A stretch of 61,737 nt of DNA, counting the filler. It is 8 parts of 8 records of this genome, joined end to end, with 100 filler letters (N's around TTAATTAATTAA, not from the genome) between each part and the next. Parts side by side here need not be neighbours in the genome. Positions count along the whole stretch, not along the records: positions 31,333 to 42,953 come from SRR31147125_82247; 7 more parts are not named here. One strand, given 5' to 3'. The notes beneath the pieces were generated by a model. The model saw nothing but the letters and a program-made list of their open reading frames with translations. It made no database searches and had not been told where the DNA came from. Below, piece after piece: positions 31,899-41,072 of this stretch; the stretch's first letter is position 1; each line of letters starts with the position of its first letter. A program made the position numbers and the translations under genes.

Positions 31899-32291
31899 AT
31901 GTATATCTTCCTCGGCTGGCTCAACATCACGCTCTTTGTCATAATGACAGCGCCGCTTTGGCTGCGTTTCCTGAACACGCATCTGTTTCATTTCAAGGGC
32001 GGCGCGTATAACCGTGTTATCAAGGTGCTCCGGCGTATCCACAAGCCGCTTGGCGGCATCATCCTCGTCATTGCTCTGGTCCACGGGTATTTGGCGCTTG
32101 GCAGTTATCGTCTGCATACGGGCACGCTGCTGTGGCTCGTCGTCGCCGTGTCGGCTTGTCTTGGTCTCTCATTTTACTTATTTAAGAAAAAGGCGCTTTT
32201 TATTTGGCACAGAAGGATGGCGCTCCTGATTCTGGTGTTTGTATTGATTCACCTTCTCTTCCCCAGCGCTGTTTATTACCTGCTGGGTTAA
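31899..32291 (+). CDS. 4-TM membrane protein with paired histidines (ferric-reductase-like di-heme candidate)
   Basis: Four hydrophobic segments; H48/H62 and H104/H118 each spaced i, i+14. Confidence 0.7.
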   Translation: MYIFLGWLNITLFVIMTAPLWLRFLNTHLFHFKGGAYNRVIKVLRRIHKPLGGIILVIALVHGYLALGSYRLHTGTLLWLVVAVSACLGLSFYLFKKKALFIWHRRMALLILVFVLIHLLFPSAVYYLLG

Positions 32292-32381
32292 TAGCCCCGC
32301 CTCACACACAACAGCTCCTAAGACAAACCAACAGGTCTTAAAAGATAGGTTTCACTGGTTACTGCCTCTAAACAATTGGTC

Positions 32382-32420
32382 AGAACCTCGCCTGATGGAC
32401 ATCAGGCGGGGTTCTATTAT
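32382..32420 (+). terminator. intrinsic terminator
   Basis: AGAACCTCGCCTGAT..ATCAGGCGGGGTTCT followed by ATTATT. Confidence 0.6.
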
Positions 32421-32441
32421 TGATGGTAACAGCCCCAATCC

Positions 32442-32470
32442 TTGCCATACTGCCTTTAAACGAATATAAT
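32442..32470 (+). promoter_or_regulatory. sigmaA-type promoter upstream of the MFS gene
   Basis: TTGCCA-N17-TATAAT. Confidence 0.6.
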
Positions 32471-32653
32471 AAGCACCATAATTATTATCAGCCGCCGGGA
32501 GGCGGCGCATTGAATAGGAATGCAGCATACCACCTATTGGCTTGAAGTTTTGACCTACCCCACAGAAAATGAGGTCATCAGTTTCTTATTCTCACACCAT
32601 AATATTAAGGCCATAAAAAAACAATACTTGAATTTAAGAAGGAGGTATACTTA

Positions 32654-33934
32654 TTGGCTGACAACAATACGGGCAAAAACAGAAAATCCATAATCGCCGC
32701 CGGGATTATCGGCAACATCATGGAATGGTATGATTTTGCACTGTACGGCTACCTGGCCGCTATTATATCTCAGCTTTTTTTCCCAAATGATACGCGATGG
32801 CTGTCCCTGCTTTCAACCTACGGTATTTTTGCCGTTGGTTTTATCATGCGTCCTATTGGCTCGGCGATATTCGGCTGGCTGGGCGATACGCTTGGCCGAA
32901 GCAAGACCATGTTCATCTCTGTGGTTGTGATGACCGTTCCGACTTTTGTACTAGGTCTTTTGCCCACGTTTTCCAGCATCGGCATCATGGCGCCGATTCT
33001 GCTGGTTGTGCTGAGGCTGACCCAGGGCTTGTCCGTCGGCGGCGAGTTCTCAAGCTCCGTAACCTATCTGGTTGAGACATCACCGCCATCCAAAAGAGGT
33101 CTGTCCGGCAGCTGGAGCAACGTCGGCAGCGGAATTGGCATGCTGTTGGGCTCTTTGTTTGCCGCAACGGTCACCAGCATACTCGGAAGCGATGCTCTGA
33201 ATGCCTGGGGATGGCGCATCCCGTTTCTTTTCGGCGGCGTTTTAGGCGCCAGCGCCGTCCTGCTGAGAAAAAATCTTCCCAAATCTCAGCACTTTCAGGA
33301 GCATGCTAAATCCAAGGAAAATTCGTCGCCGATCAAAGAGGCTTTTACCAGCAATAGAAAAGAAGTGATTCAAGGCACGCTGTTCGCCTCCGGATACGGC
33401 GTCATCTACTACCTGTCCATGGTGTATCTGCCGACCTGGCTGAGCGAATACGTCGGCTACCCGCTAGCTGATGCCATGCGGGTCAACGCTATTGCAACGG
33501 GCTCTTTAGTCTTTCTGATCCCCCTTATGGCCTGGCTGTCGGACCGGTATATCAGAAGAACGCATTTTTCGGCAATCAGCGTGGCTATTTTTAGCCTCTC
33601 GGCTATTCCGCTCTTTCTCTGGGCAAGGAGCGGAAACCTGCCATCGATTATTGTGACGCAAATGACGTTCGCCTTGCTGATTTCCATTATCAGCGGCGTA
33701 ACGCCGACTATATTTGTCGAGCTGTTCCCCACGCGAGACCGGCTTTCGGGCTACTCCATCGCCTTCAATGTGGGTATGGGAATCTTCGGCGGCTCCACCC
33801 CCATGGTCGTAACCTGGCTGATCTCCAAGACCGGCCTGCAATGGTTCCCGGCTATTTATATGCTGTGCGGGGCTGTTTTGAGTTTAACGGCGCTCCTCTG
33901 GATGAAGGACCGTAGCCGCGAGCCGCTCCGGTAA
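32654..33934 (+). CDS. MFS transporter, metabolite:H+ symporter (ProP-like) family
   Basis: GNIMEWYDF, RPIG..FG.LGD..GR, RLTQGLSVGGE, WGWRIPF; TTG start with AAGGAGGT RBS. Confidence 0.9.
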   Translation: MADNNTGKNRKSIIAAGIIGNIMEWYDFALYGYLAAIISQLFFPNDTRWLSLLSTYGIFAVGFIMRPIGSAIFGWLGDTLGRSKTMFISVVVMTVPTFVLGLLPTFSSIGIMAPILLVVLRLTQGLSVGGEFSSSVTYLVETSPPSKRGLSGSWSNVGSGIGMLLGSLFAATVTSILGSDALNAWGWRIPFLFGGVLGASAVLLRKNLPKSQHFQEHAKSKENSSPIKEAFTSNRKEVIQGTLFASGYGVIYYLSMVYLPTWLSEYVGYPLADAMRVNAIATGSLVFLIPLMAWLSDRYIRRTHFSAISVAIFSLSAIPLFLWARSGNLPSIIVTQMTFALLISIISGVTPTIFVELFPTRDRLSGYSIAFNVGMGIFGGSTPMVVTWLISKTGLQWFPAIYMLCGAVLSLTALLWMKDRSREPLR

Positions 33935-34005
33935 ATCGTTTTAAGCCTGAATATAAGGCGACACGAAGCCATAACGCAGATCAAATGGAAAGGTGGAGAA
34001 AGCGC

Positions 34006-34737
34006 ATGCCGGCTGATTTCATAAAACTTGACGGCGTCTGTTTCGCCTATGACAACCAGACAGTGCTGCATGATATCAGCCTCACATTGCAGCGCGGCGG
34101 CACCTATGCCCTGATCGGTAAATCAGGCGTGGGAAAAAGCACCCTGCTAAACCTGATCGCCGGCTTTTCCCGTCCGGACCAGGGCACGGTAATGATAGAC
34201 GGCGCGCCTATACAGGGGCCAAGAAAACAAACGGCTTTCCTGTTTCAAGAGCTGGGATTGTTCCCCTGGCAAACGGTTAAAGCTGCCGTTGCCATGCCGC
34301 TTAAAATCGCCGGACGGCAAAACGATAGCGACAACGCCGTCCTCTCGCTGCTGGACGACATGCACCTGCGGCATCATCAAAACAAATATCCCCACGAGCT
34401 CAGCGGCGGCGAACGACAGCGCGTGGCCCTGGCCCGCACGCTCATTAACACGCCCGACCTTCTTTTGATGGACGAGCCCACCTCCGCGCTTGACGCGATG
34501 ACAAAGGAGGAGCTGCAAGCTCTCATTCGCCGACAGCAGCAAAAGCGTGGGGCAACGCTTCTATTTGTCACCCACGATATTGAGGAAGCCGTCATGCTGG
34601 GACAGACGATCCTTTTGCTGAATGAAGACGGAACGGTGACGGCGCTGGATAACGACGGCTACGCCATCGAAAACCCCCGGGAGCAGCTGGGGTTTTATGA
34701 CGAATGCATCCGAATACGGAAGCTGCTGAAGATGTGA
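34006..34737 (+). CDS. ABC transporter ATP-binding protein (SsuB/TauB/NitT type)
   Basis: GKSGVGKST, LFPWQTV, LSGGERQR, MDEP, VTHDIEEA. Confidence 0.9.
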   Translation: MPADFIKLDGVCFAYDNQTVLHDISLTLQRGGTYALIGKSGVGKSTLLNLIAGFSRPDQGTVMIDGAPIQGPRKQTAFLFQELGLFPWQTVKAAVAMPLKIAGRQNDSDNAVLSLLDDMHLRHHQNKYPHELSGGERQRVALARTLINTPDLLLMDEPTSALDAMTKEELQALIRRQQQKRGATLLFVTHDIEEAVMLGQTILLLNEDGTVTALDNDGYAIENPREQLGFYDECIRIRKLLKM

Positions 34738-34741
34738 CGCG

Positions 34742-35503
34742 ATGAAATTTATTAAGTATTTATCCAAAAGCCGGCTCGTCGGGTTTATAAGCTTTCTCAT
34801 CCTCTGGGAGCTGGTTCACCTGCTTCTAAAAACCCATACGGTACCGTCGCCTTATGAAACGATTCTCTATTTACTGACGAAACCCCTCACGATCTTAAAG
34901 CATTGCGGCGCAAGCCTTTTAAGAGTCCTGACGGCTATCGGCATCTCGCTTGTCATCGGTATCCCGGCCGGGATTGTTCTGGGCGTCAACAAGACATGCC
35001 GGCGTCTGTTTTCCCCGCTTTTGTATTTCATCTATCCCATCCCGAAAATCGCGTTTCTGCCGGTATTTATGCTGCTGTTCGGTCTGGGCAACACATCTAA
35101 GGTCTTGCTCGTCATTTTTATCATCGTCTTTCAAATCATGCTTTCCGTGCGTGACGGTGTGGCGCAGATACCGCCCCTGTATTTCAAGGTGATGGACAGC
35201 TTTTGCGCGTCTGCCGGGCAGAAATATAAGTATCTGATCTTCCCCGCCATCCTGCAGCAGCTCTTCACAGGCCTGCGCATCAGTATCGGGATTTCTCTGG
35301 CTTCCCTCTTTTTCGCGGAAAACTATGCCGCGCATTTTGGCATTGGTTATTACATCTTAAGCGCCTGGACTAAAATGGACTACGTGGAAATGTTCAGCGG
35401 CATCCTGGCGCTCGGCTTTATCGGCATCCTGCTGTTTTACGTCATCGATAAAATTGAAGCGGCCTGCGCGCCGTGGTACAAACGCCGTGCTTCGGCTGAT
35501 TGA
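34742..35503 (+). CDS. ABC transporter permease (SsuC/TauC type)
   Basis: SLLRV, YPIPKIAFLP, FAENY..GIGYYI; multiple TM segments. Confidence 0.88.
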   Translation: MKFIKYLSKSRLVGFISFLILWELVHLLLKTHTVPSPYETILYLLTKPLTILKHCGASLLRVLTAIGISLVIGIPAGIVLGVNKTCRRLFSPLLYFIYPIPKIAFLPVFMLLFGLGNTSKVLLVIFIIVFQIMLSVRDGVAQIPPLYFKVMDSFCASAGQKYKYLIFPAILQQLFTGLRISIGISLASLFFAENYAAHFGIGYYILSAWTKMDYVEMFSGILALGFIGILLFYVIDKIEAACAPWYKRRASAD

Positions 35504-35513
35504 ATCTTTTACA

Positions 35514-35558
35514 AAAAACCGCCCCAATCCGGCTTAATGCCGATTGGGGCGGTTTTTC
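35514..35558. terminator. bidirectional intrinsic terminator between convergent genes
   Basis: AAAAAACCGCCCCAATC..GATTGGGGCGGTTTTT. Confidence 0.75.
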
Positions 35559-35565
35559 TATGTGG

Positions 35566-36570
35566 TTATATAAACGAAAAATCCGTCAGTTCATGAAAAG
35601 TATATTGCTTTTGAATCAGTCCCTTGTCGAGAGTCCACGCGATGATGCTGTCAAACTGGTCCTCGCTGATGGCCCCGGCATGCTGGAACGTACCGGTCAT
35701 CCCCGACAGATAGTCGCTGATGGCCGCCGGGAACTGATAGTTTGTGAGGATGTCGCTGTATTCGGCCACATCGGTGCTGTTCATATAGTCAACAGCCTTG
35801 TTGCACGCCGTATAGAACGCCTTAATGTCGCCGGGGCGGTCCGTAATCGTCTCGTCTGTAAACAGCAGTGTGCCGCCCTTGATGCCGGCATCTTTGGAGC
35901 TGCCGAGCAGGTTCGCACCCTGCTGCACCAGCATCCCCGCCTGGGGCTCGGTGAAGACGACAGCGTCAATCTGGTCGCTCATCAGCGCTTCAGAGCGGCC
36001 GGAGAACGATGGGATTTCGACGATTTCGTAAGTGAAGCCGTACTGGGCGGCAAACTGGTCCATGATATATTCCAATATAAAGTTCGGTACGAGCGAGATC
36101 CGCTTTCCGGCGAGCTGATCCATGCTGGTGATTCCGGAGCCGGGCGTCGAGAGAATTTTAAAGTCCTCGCTGATATCGGAGGTGATCTTCATGGGGATAC
36201 CATTGCTGGCAAAAGCCGCGCCCGTCATAACATCACCGATCACGCCGTCGAGTTCATCGGCCTGTACGGCCACATTCCGGTCGTTCGGCGAGGAAAAGGC
36301 CTGAATAGATACGTTGACACCCATTTCATCAAAATAACCCATTTCCTTCGCCAGAATAATGGGAATGGCCGATTCCGCCGGCAGGATGCCGATGCTCAAT
36401 TCCTCTCCGGTGGGCTGCGGCTCATTGGACGGTTCGGCAGAGGGCATGGATTCCGCTGACGCGGTGGGCTGGGTGGACGGCGTCTCACTGTTTTCCACCG
36501 GCTTCGAACAGCCTGCGAAGGACGACACGGTTAAAACGAGCAGCATAATTATTGCGAGTGATTTTTTCAC
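35566..36570 (-). CDS. ABC substrate-binding lipoprotein (SsuA/NMT1-like)
   Basis: Lipobox SFAGC, S/T/P/E linker, PIILAKEMGYF, IDAVVFTEP; GTG start with AAGGAG RBS. Confidence 0.85.
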   Translation of the reverse strand: MKKSLAIIMLLVLTVSSFAGCSKPVENSETPSTQPTASAESMPSAEPSNEPQPTGEELSIGILPAESAIPIILAKEMGYFDEMGVNVSIQAFSSPNDRNVAVQADELDGVIGDVMTGAAFASNGIPMKITSDISEDFKILSTPGSGITSMDQLAGKRISLVPNFILEYIMDQFAAQYGFTYEIVEIPSFSGRSEALMSDQIDAVVFTEPQAGMLVQQGANLLGSSKDAGIKGGTLLFTDETITDRPGDIKAFYTACNKAVDYMNSTDVAEYSDILTNYQFPAAISDYLSGMTGTFQHAGAISEDQFDSIIAWTLDKGLIQKQYTFHELTDFSFI

Positions 36571-36628
36571 TGAACAGTTCTCCTTTACAAAATCAATTTC
36601 AGTATTTTACGTCTGATACGGATTGATA

Positions 36629-37378
36629 TCAACCCGTAATTTTCCGAAATGTCTCCATATCCATAAAGTACGGGATGACGTTCCGTTTCAAAAGCAGCGG
36701 GTCGTCTCCCTTGTCGTTTTGGCCCTTCTCGCAGGTAAAGGCCAGCTTATAGCTCCGCTCGCGCAGCAGCGCTGCGTTCCGCTCGTTATAAAGACCAAAC
36801 GGATAGGCAAAGACATCTTTGGCTTGTATAATCCCGCTGTCGTTGCAGCGATTGAGGTCTTCAACTAATTCCCTGTCGCCGGCCGTCATCATCACGCTGG
36901 TCTGCTCATCCGTCCGCCGGTGAAAGCTATCCGTATGATTGGCATATTCAAAAACGTCGGCCATCTCCCGGAGGTCCTTTTCGGTCAGACAGATGGAATG
37001 GTCCGGATCAAACGGCTTTCTCTGCGTATTCAGCCATCCGGTGACGACGAAGGACACGGCATGAAAACCATGCTTTTTCAATATGGGATACGCATACCGG
37101 GCCATGGATTGATAACAGTCGTCAAAGGTCAGCAGAACGGACTTTTCCGGCAGGTGCACATGCTCGTAATAATACGCAATGATCTCCGCCAGCGTCAGCG
37201 TATGGAAGCCCTTCTCAGCTAAGTACGTCATCTGCTCTTCAAAGCTTTCCAGCGTAACAAAAAGCGGGCCTGGCAGGTTATCATCGTAATCCTGCCGAAC
37301 CTCAATGGGTGACGTTTCACCGCGGCGCAGCATGCTGCCTTCTCGGATTTCGTGATACAGTAATACAGCAAATGACAT
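36629..37378 (-). CDS. cytoplasmic polysaccharide deacetylase (NodB/CE4) family protein
   Basis: VLLYHEI, LTFDD, NHTDSFH metal motif, FAYPFG; no signal peptide. Confidence 0.85.
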   Translation of the reverse strand: MSFAVLLYHEIREGSMLRRGETSPIEVRQDYDDNLPGPLFVTLESFEEQMTYLAEKGFHTLTLAEIIAYYYEHVHLPEKSVLLTFDDCYQSMARYAYPILKKHGFHAVSFVVTGWLNTQRKPFDPDHSICLTEKDLREMADVFEYANHTDSFHRRTDEQTSVMMTAGDRELVEDLNRCNDSGIIQAKDVFAYPFGLYNERNAALLRERSYKLAFTCEKGQNDKGDDPLLLKRNVIPYFMDMETFRKITG

Positions 37379-37570
37379 TTTATATTCTCCTGTTGGCTAA
37401 TTATGTATAAAACTCTATAAGTATATCACAAATTCAGTTGTTTCATCACAGCATTTTTTTGAACGACTAGTCAGTTTATTCGGCACATCCACATTCCTCC
37501 AATTCCAGTCATGCTTTTATGTTGAACAGTTGTTCAACATACTGCTTTTTTGAGGCGTTACACACAGCCC

Positions 37571-37599
37571 TTGCCTTATGTAAAAACGGCGAATATAAT
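37571..37599 (+). promoter_or_regulatory. sigmaA-type promoter for the aldo/keto reductase
   Basis: TTGCCT-N17-TATAAT. Confidence 0.55.
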
Positions 37600-37685
37600 A
37601 GACACAGCATAAGTACAGCGCTGTGAAGCCTCTAAACAGGCGGTTTAGCGCGGTCATGGACACGACAGGATGAAGGAGAAATGAT

Positions 37686-38711
37686 ATGCTAACTGTAAAA
37701 CTCGGAAAAACCGGGCTGGTGGTCAATAAAAATGGATTTGGCGTGCTGCCCATCCAACGCGTGGATAAAAAGCAAGCCGTCTATATACTTCAAAAAGCAT
37801 TTTATAACGGTGTCAATTACTTTGACACCGCAAGAATGTATACCGACAGCGAGGAAAAGCTCGGTGCAGCCTTCTCCTATGTCCGGGAAAAGCTTGTTAT
37901 CAGCACAAAGACGGCAGCGGTGACCGCCGAAGATTTCTGGGCAGACCTGGAGCAAAGCCTGCGGATGCTCCAGACAGACGTCATCGACATCTACCAGTTT
38001 CACAATCCGCCGTTCTGTCCAAAGCCGGGCGACGACTCCGGACTCTATGACGCCGCGCTTAAAGCCCGCGAGCAGGGCAAGATCCGCTTCATCGGCATTA
38101 CAAACCACCGCCTGTCCGTCGCGACTGAAGCCGCGTCCTCCGGCCTGTATGATACAATCCAGTTCCCTTTCAGCTATCTGTCCACTGAAGCCGATGAAAA
38201 AATTGTAAAAGCATGCCGGGATAATGATATCGGCTTTATCGCCATGAAAGCCTTATCCGGCGGTCTCATCACCGACTCAGCCATGGCTTACGCCTATCTG
38301 GCCCAGTATGATAACGTTGCGCCGATCTGGGGCATCCAGCGCGAACGCGAGCTGGATGAATTTCTATCCTATCAGGATCATCCGCCCGTCCTGTCTGAAG
38401 AAATGACGCGGCGTATTGAGCAGGACCGCCGGGAGCTGGCCGGCGACTTCTGTCGCGGCTGCGGCTACTGTATGCCGTGCCCCGTGGACATTCAAATCAA
38501 CAACTGCGCCAGAATGGGGCTGCTCCTCAAGCGCGCGCCCCAGGAGGGCTTTCTGTCGGAGCATTGGCAGGCGGAAATGAAGAAAATAGAAAACTGCCTC
38601 CACTGTGACGCCTGCAAAAACCAGTGCCCTTACGGACTTGACACGCCGGTATTGCTTCAGAAAAACTATGAAAATTATAAGACGTATTTTTCGGCGGCGG
38701 ATACACACTAA
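37686..38711 (+). CDS. aldo/keto reductase with C-terminal 4Fe-4S dicluster domain
   Basis: LGKTG, FDTARMY, STK, IDIYQFH, AMKALSGG; CRGCGYCMPCP and CLHCDACKNQCP. Confidence 0.9.
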   Translation: MLTVKLGKTGLVVNKNGFGVLPIQRVDKKQAVYILQKAFYNGVNYFDTARMYTDSEEKLGAAFSYVREKLVISTKTAAVTAEDFWADLEQSLRMLQTDVIDIYQFHNPPFCPKPGDDSGLYDAALKAREQGKIRFIGITNHRLSVATEAASSGLYDTIQFPFSYLSTEADEKIVKACRDNDIGFIAMKALSGGLITDSAMAYAYLAQYDNVAPIWGIQRERELDEFLSYQDHPPVLSEEMTRRIEQDRRELAGDFCRGCGYCMPCPVDIQINNCARMGLLLKRAPQEGFLSEHWQAEMKKIENCLHCDACKNQCPYGLDTPVLLQKNYENYKTYFSAADTH

Positions 38712-38783
38712 TGTCTGTCGTCCGCACACCGGTTAAATTTTGATACTATGCGAGTGATACGCACACCTATAAAAATGCATCAC

Positions 38784-38821
38784 AAAAAGAGCGGAAGATT
38801 TCTATATCTTCCGCTCCTTTG
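38784..38821 (+). terminator. intrinsic terminator
   Basis: GAGCGGAAGAT..ATCTTCCGCTC followed by CTTT. Confidence 0.6.
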
Positions 38822-38861
38822 TATTTAAGCTGTAAAGCCTTTCGCCTTAACAACATGACCG

Positions 38862-38890
38862 CACATATTAGCAAGCCTGTACATATGATA
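38862..38890 (+). promoter_or_regulatory. sigmaK-type (late mother-cell sporulation) promoter
   Basis: CACA-N16-CATATGATA matches the mACm-N16-CATAnnnTA consensus. Confidence 0.55.
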
Positions 38891-38978
38891 ATGCAGCCCT
38901 TATCTCGCATTTATCAGGTTATTCAGAAGCATCAATCATTTAATTTAACGTATCGTTGTGATACGTAGAGGTAAAAGT

Positions 38979-40310
38979 ATGACAGAATTGACAGGGCGGG
39001 TGGTGTGCCAGGGTGACCGCGGATATCAGCAGGCGCGCAGAAACTGGAACCCATTCACCAACGCGCATCCCAAGGTTTTTGTTTTTGCCTATAAGAAAGA
39101 AGACGTATCCAATGCCGTCAGGTGGGCGCGGGAAAATGGCGTCCCTATTCGTATGCGCAGCGGCCGGCATGCCCTTGCCAAAGACTTTTCACAGGTTGAC
39201 GGCGGGATTGTTATAGACGTCGGCGAGATGCAGAATGTCTGTTTAGATAGAGCAAAGAATATTGCCATCGTCCAGCCGGGTATTCGAGTCGGCCCGCTTG
39301 TAAAAATGCTGGCCCGGCAGGGTTACCTGGCACCCTTTGGAGACAGCCCCACTGTGGGTATCGGCGGGATCAGCACCGGCGGCGGGATCACGGCTGTACA
39401 GCGTTCGGTCGGGCTCATTTGCGATAACATCGTAGCCGCAGAAATCGTTGACGCCAATGGCGAGCTCCTGTACGCCTCCAAGCATGAACATCCGGACCTA
39501 TACTGGGCTATCCGGGGCGGCGGCGGCGGAAATTTCGGCATTATCGTTTCCTATGTGTTCAAGGTTCATCGCAGCCCGAGCCGGGTGGGCATATTCGAGA
39601 TCGTGTGGCCCTGGGAGCAGGTGGAAGACGTTATCGACGCGTGGCAGAAATGGGCGCCTTTTGTTGATAATCGGCTGGGAACCATATTGGAGGCTTTTAC
39701 TCAAACAAACGGCCTTCTGCATTCCGAGGGGATTTTCCTCGGGCCAAAGCGTGAGTTGGAGGAATTGCTTGCGCCTTTAGAGTACACCGGCACGCCGACC
39801 AAAGTTTATGTGGACGAGGTCTCGCTCCTGGAAGCCATAGAATTCTGGACGGCAGGCGGCACGGAGTTTGACGATCAAAAAACCAGCTGGTCATCGAGAT
39901 GGGTTGATAAGCTTCTGCCCCAGGAAGGTCTCAGTGCTATCAGAAGCTTTCTGGAAAAATCGACGGGCAGCCAGTCAAACTTCTTCTTCCTCAACTCAGG
40001 CGGCGCGATGAACAGCGTCCCACCCCAGGATACCGCGTTCTATTGGCGGAATACCAATTATTATATGGAGTGGAATGCCTCCTGGTTTAACAACGCCGAT
40101 ACGGCAAAGAATCTCCGGCTGGTGGAAACAGCGCGTCAAGAGCTGCAGCCCTTAACCGTTGGATCCTACGTCAACGTCCCCGATTTATCTATTAAGGATT
40201 ACGCCGCAGAATACTACGGCGCCAATCTGGCCCGGCTTCAGCGCGTTAAAAGAAAATATGATCCGCACAATGTTTTTAAATTTGCACAAAGTATACCGTT
40301 TGACCATTGA
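38979..40310 (+). CDS. FAD-binding oxidoreductase, berberine-bridge-enzyme-like (YgaK/CotQ-like)
   Basis: RMRSGRH covalent-FAD motif, VGIGG..GGG, WAIRGGGGGNFGI, YVN..YYG.N..RL..VK.KYDP. Confidence 0.9.
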   Translation: MTELTGRVVCQGDRGYQQARRNWNPFTNAHPKVFVFAYKKEDVSNAVRWARENGVPIRMRSGRHALAKDFSQVDGGIVIDVGEMQNVCLDRAKNIAIVQPGIRVGPLVKMLARQGYLAPFGDSPTVGIGGISTGGGITAVQRSVGLICDNIVAAEIVDANGELLYASKHEHPDLYWAIRGGGGGNFGIIVSYVFKVHRSPSRVGIFEIVWPWEQVEDVIDAWQKWAPFVDNRLGTILEAFTQTNGLLHSEGIFLGPKRELEELLAPLEYTGTPTKVYVDEVSLLEAIEFWTAGGTEFDDQKTSWSSRWVDKLLPQEGLSAIRSFLEKSTGSQSNFFFLNSGGAMNSVPPQDTAFYWRNTNYYMEWNASWFNNADTAKNLRLVETARQELQPLTVGSYVNVPDLSIKDYAAEYYGANLARLQRVKRKYDPHNVFKFAQSIPFDH

Positions 40311-40336
40311 TCAATAACCAAACCAAAAGCGATATT

Positions 40337-40365
40337 AAGCCGGCGGAGATTGCTTCCGCCGGCTT
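40337..40365. terminator. GC-rich hairpin after the oxidoreductase
   Basis: AAGCCGGCGGA-GATTGCT-TCCGCCGGCTT. Confidence 0.5.
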
Positions 40366-40429
40366 CGCGCGTTATAATAGGGCCTGTGTGTCTGACAAAA
40401 CTGTCAATATTAAGAAAAGGAATCGTTAT

Positions 40430-40948
40430 ATGGGAAAGCAACTGATCGAAGAACTCAGCAGAGAAGACCTTTTAAAGCTCGTTGAGATTTACGCTAAAAA
40501 CTGGCTGGCGATGGACGGCGTCTGGTTTCAGTCCGTAGAGCGCAAACTTGGCATGGACGAGGCCGTGGAGCATGATGAAAACGCCTGGCGCGGCTTCACG
40601 GTGATTGAGGCCAACCGGATTAAGCAGTTTTTAAATCTGCCGGACAATTCAGGGATCGACGGGCTGCGGCGGGCGCTGGCGTTTCGGATGTACGCCACGA
40701 TCAACGAGGATGAAATTCTTATTGAAGACAATGTGCTGATCTACCGGACGCTTGACTGCCGCGTGCAGAACGCGCGAAAACGAAAGGGTATGGAATTTCA
40801 CCCCTGCAAATCCGTCGGTATGATTGAATATACGTATTTCGCCAAAACCATTGACAGCCGGTTTGAATGCGAGGCTATCAGCTGTTACCCGGAAATAACA
40901 GATGAAACGTGCAACTGCGCCTGGAAATTCACACTGAAAGAAGATTGA
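40430..40948 (+). CDS. DUF6125-like family protein
   Basis: KNWLAMDGVWFQSVE, DCRVQ.ARKRKG..HPCKSVG..EY..FA..ID, C-terminal Cys cluster; start reassigned to ATG 40430. Confidence 0.75.
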   Translation: MGKQLIEELSREDLLKLVEIYAKNWLAMDGVWFQSVERKLGMDEAVEHDENAWRGFTVIEANRIKQFLNLPDNSGIDGLRRALAFRMYATINEDEILIEDNVLIYRTLDCRVQNARKRKGMEFHPCKSVGMIEYTYFAKTIDSRFECEAISCYPEITDETCNCAWKFTLKED

Positions 40949-40956
40949 TTACTTAC

Positions 40957-40996
40957 AAATGCCGCCTGACAGCAGCTGCTGCGGGCGGCATTTTTC
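40957..40996 (+). terminator. intrinsic terminator
   Basis: AAATGCCGCC..GGCGGCATTTTT. Confidence 0.65.
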
Positions 40997-40999
40997 AGC

Positions 41000-41028
41000 T
41001 TGTCATCCAAGGACTTAATATGTATAAT
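41000..41028 (+). promoter_or_regulatory. sigmaA-type promoter for the DUF2271 gene
   Basis: TTGTCA-N17-TATAAT. Confidence 0.6.
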
Positions 41029-41072
41029 AAAGCTAAAATTAGTCATATCATCCCAGAAGGAAGGCGATTCAG

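Noticed and set aside
32575-32605. Possible sigmaE-type promoter (TCATC-N18-CATAATAT) before the MFS gene
   Set aside because: Weak -35 match; a better sigmaA promoter lies upstream
35500-36459. 319-aa plus-strand ORF continuing the ABC operon
   Set aside because: Antisense to the binding-protein gene and runs through a terminator
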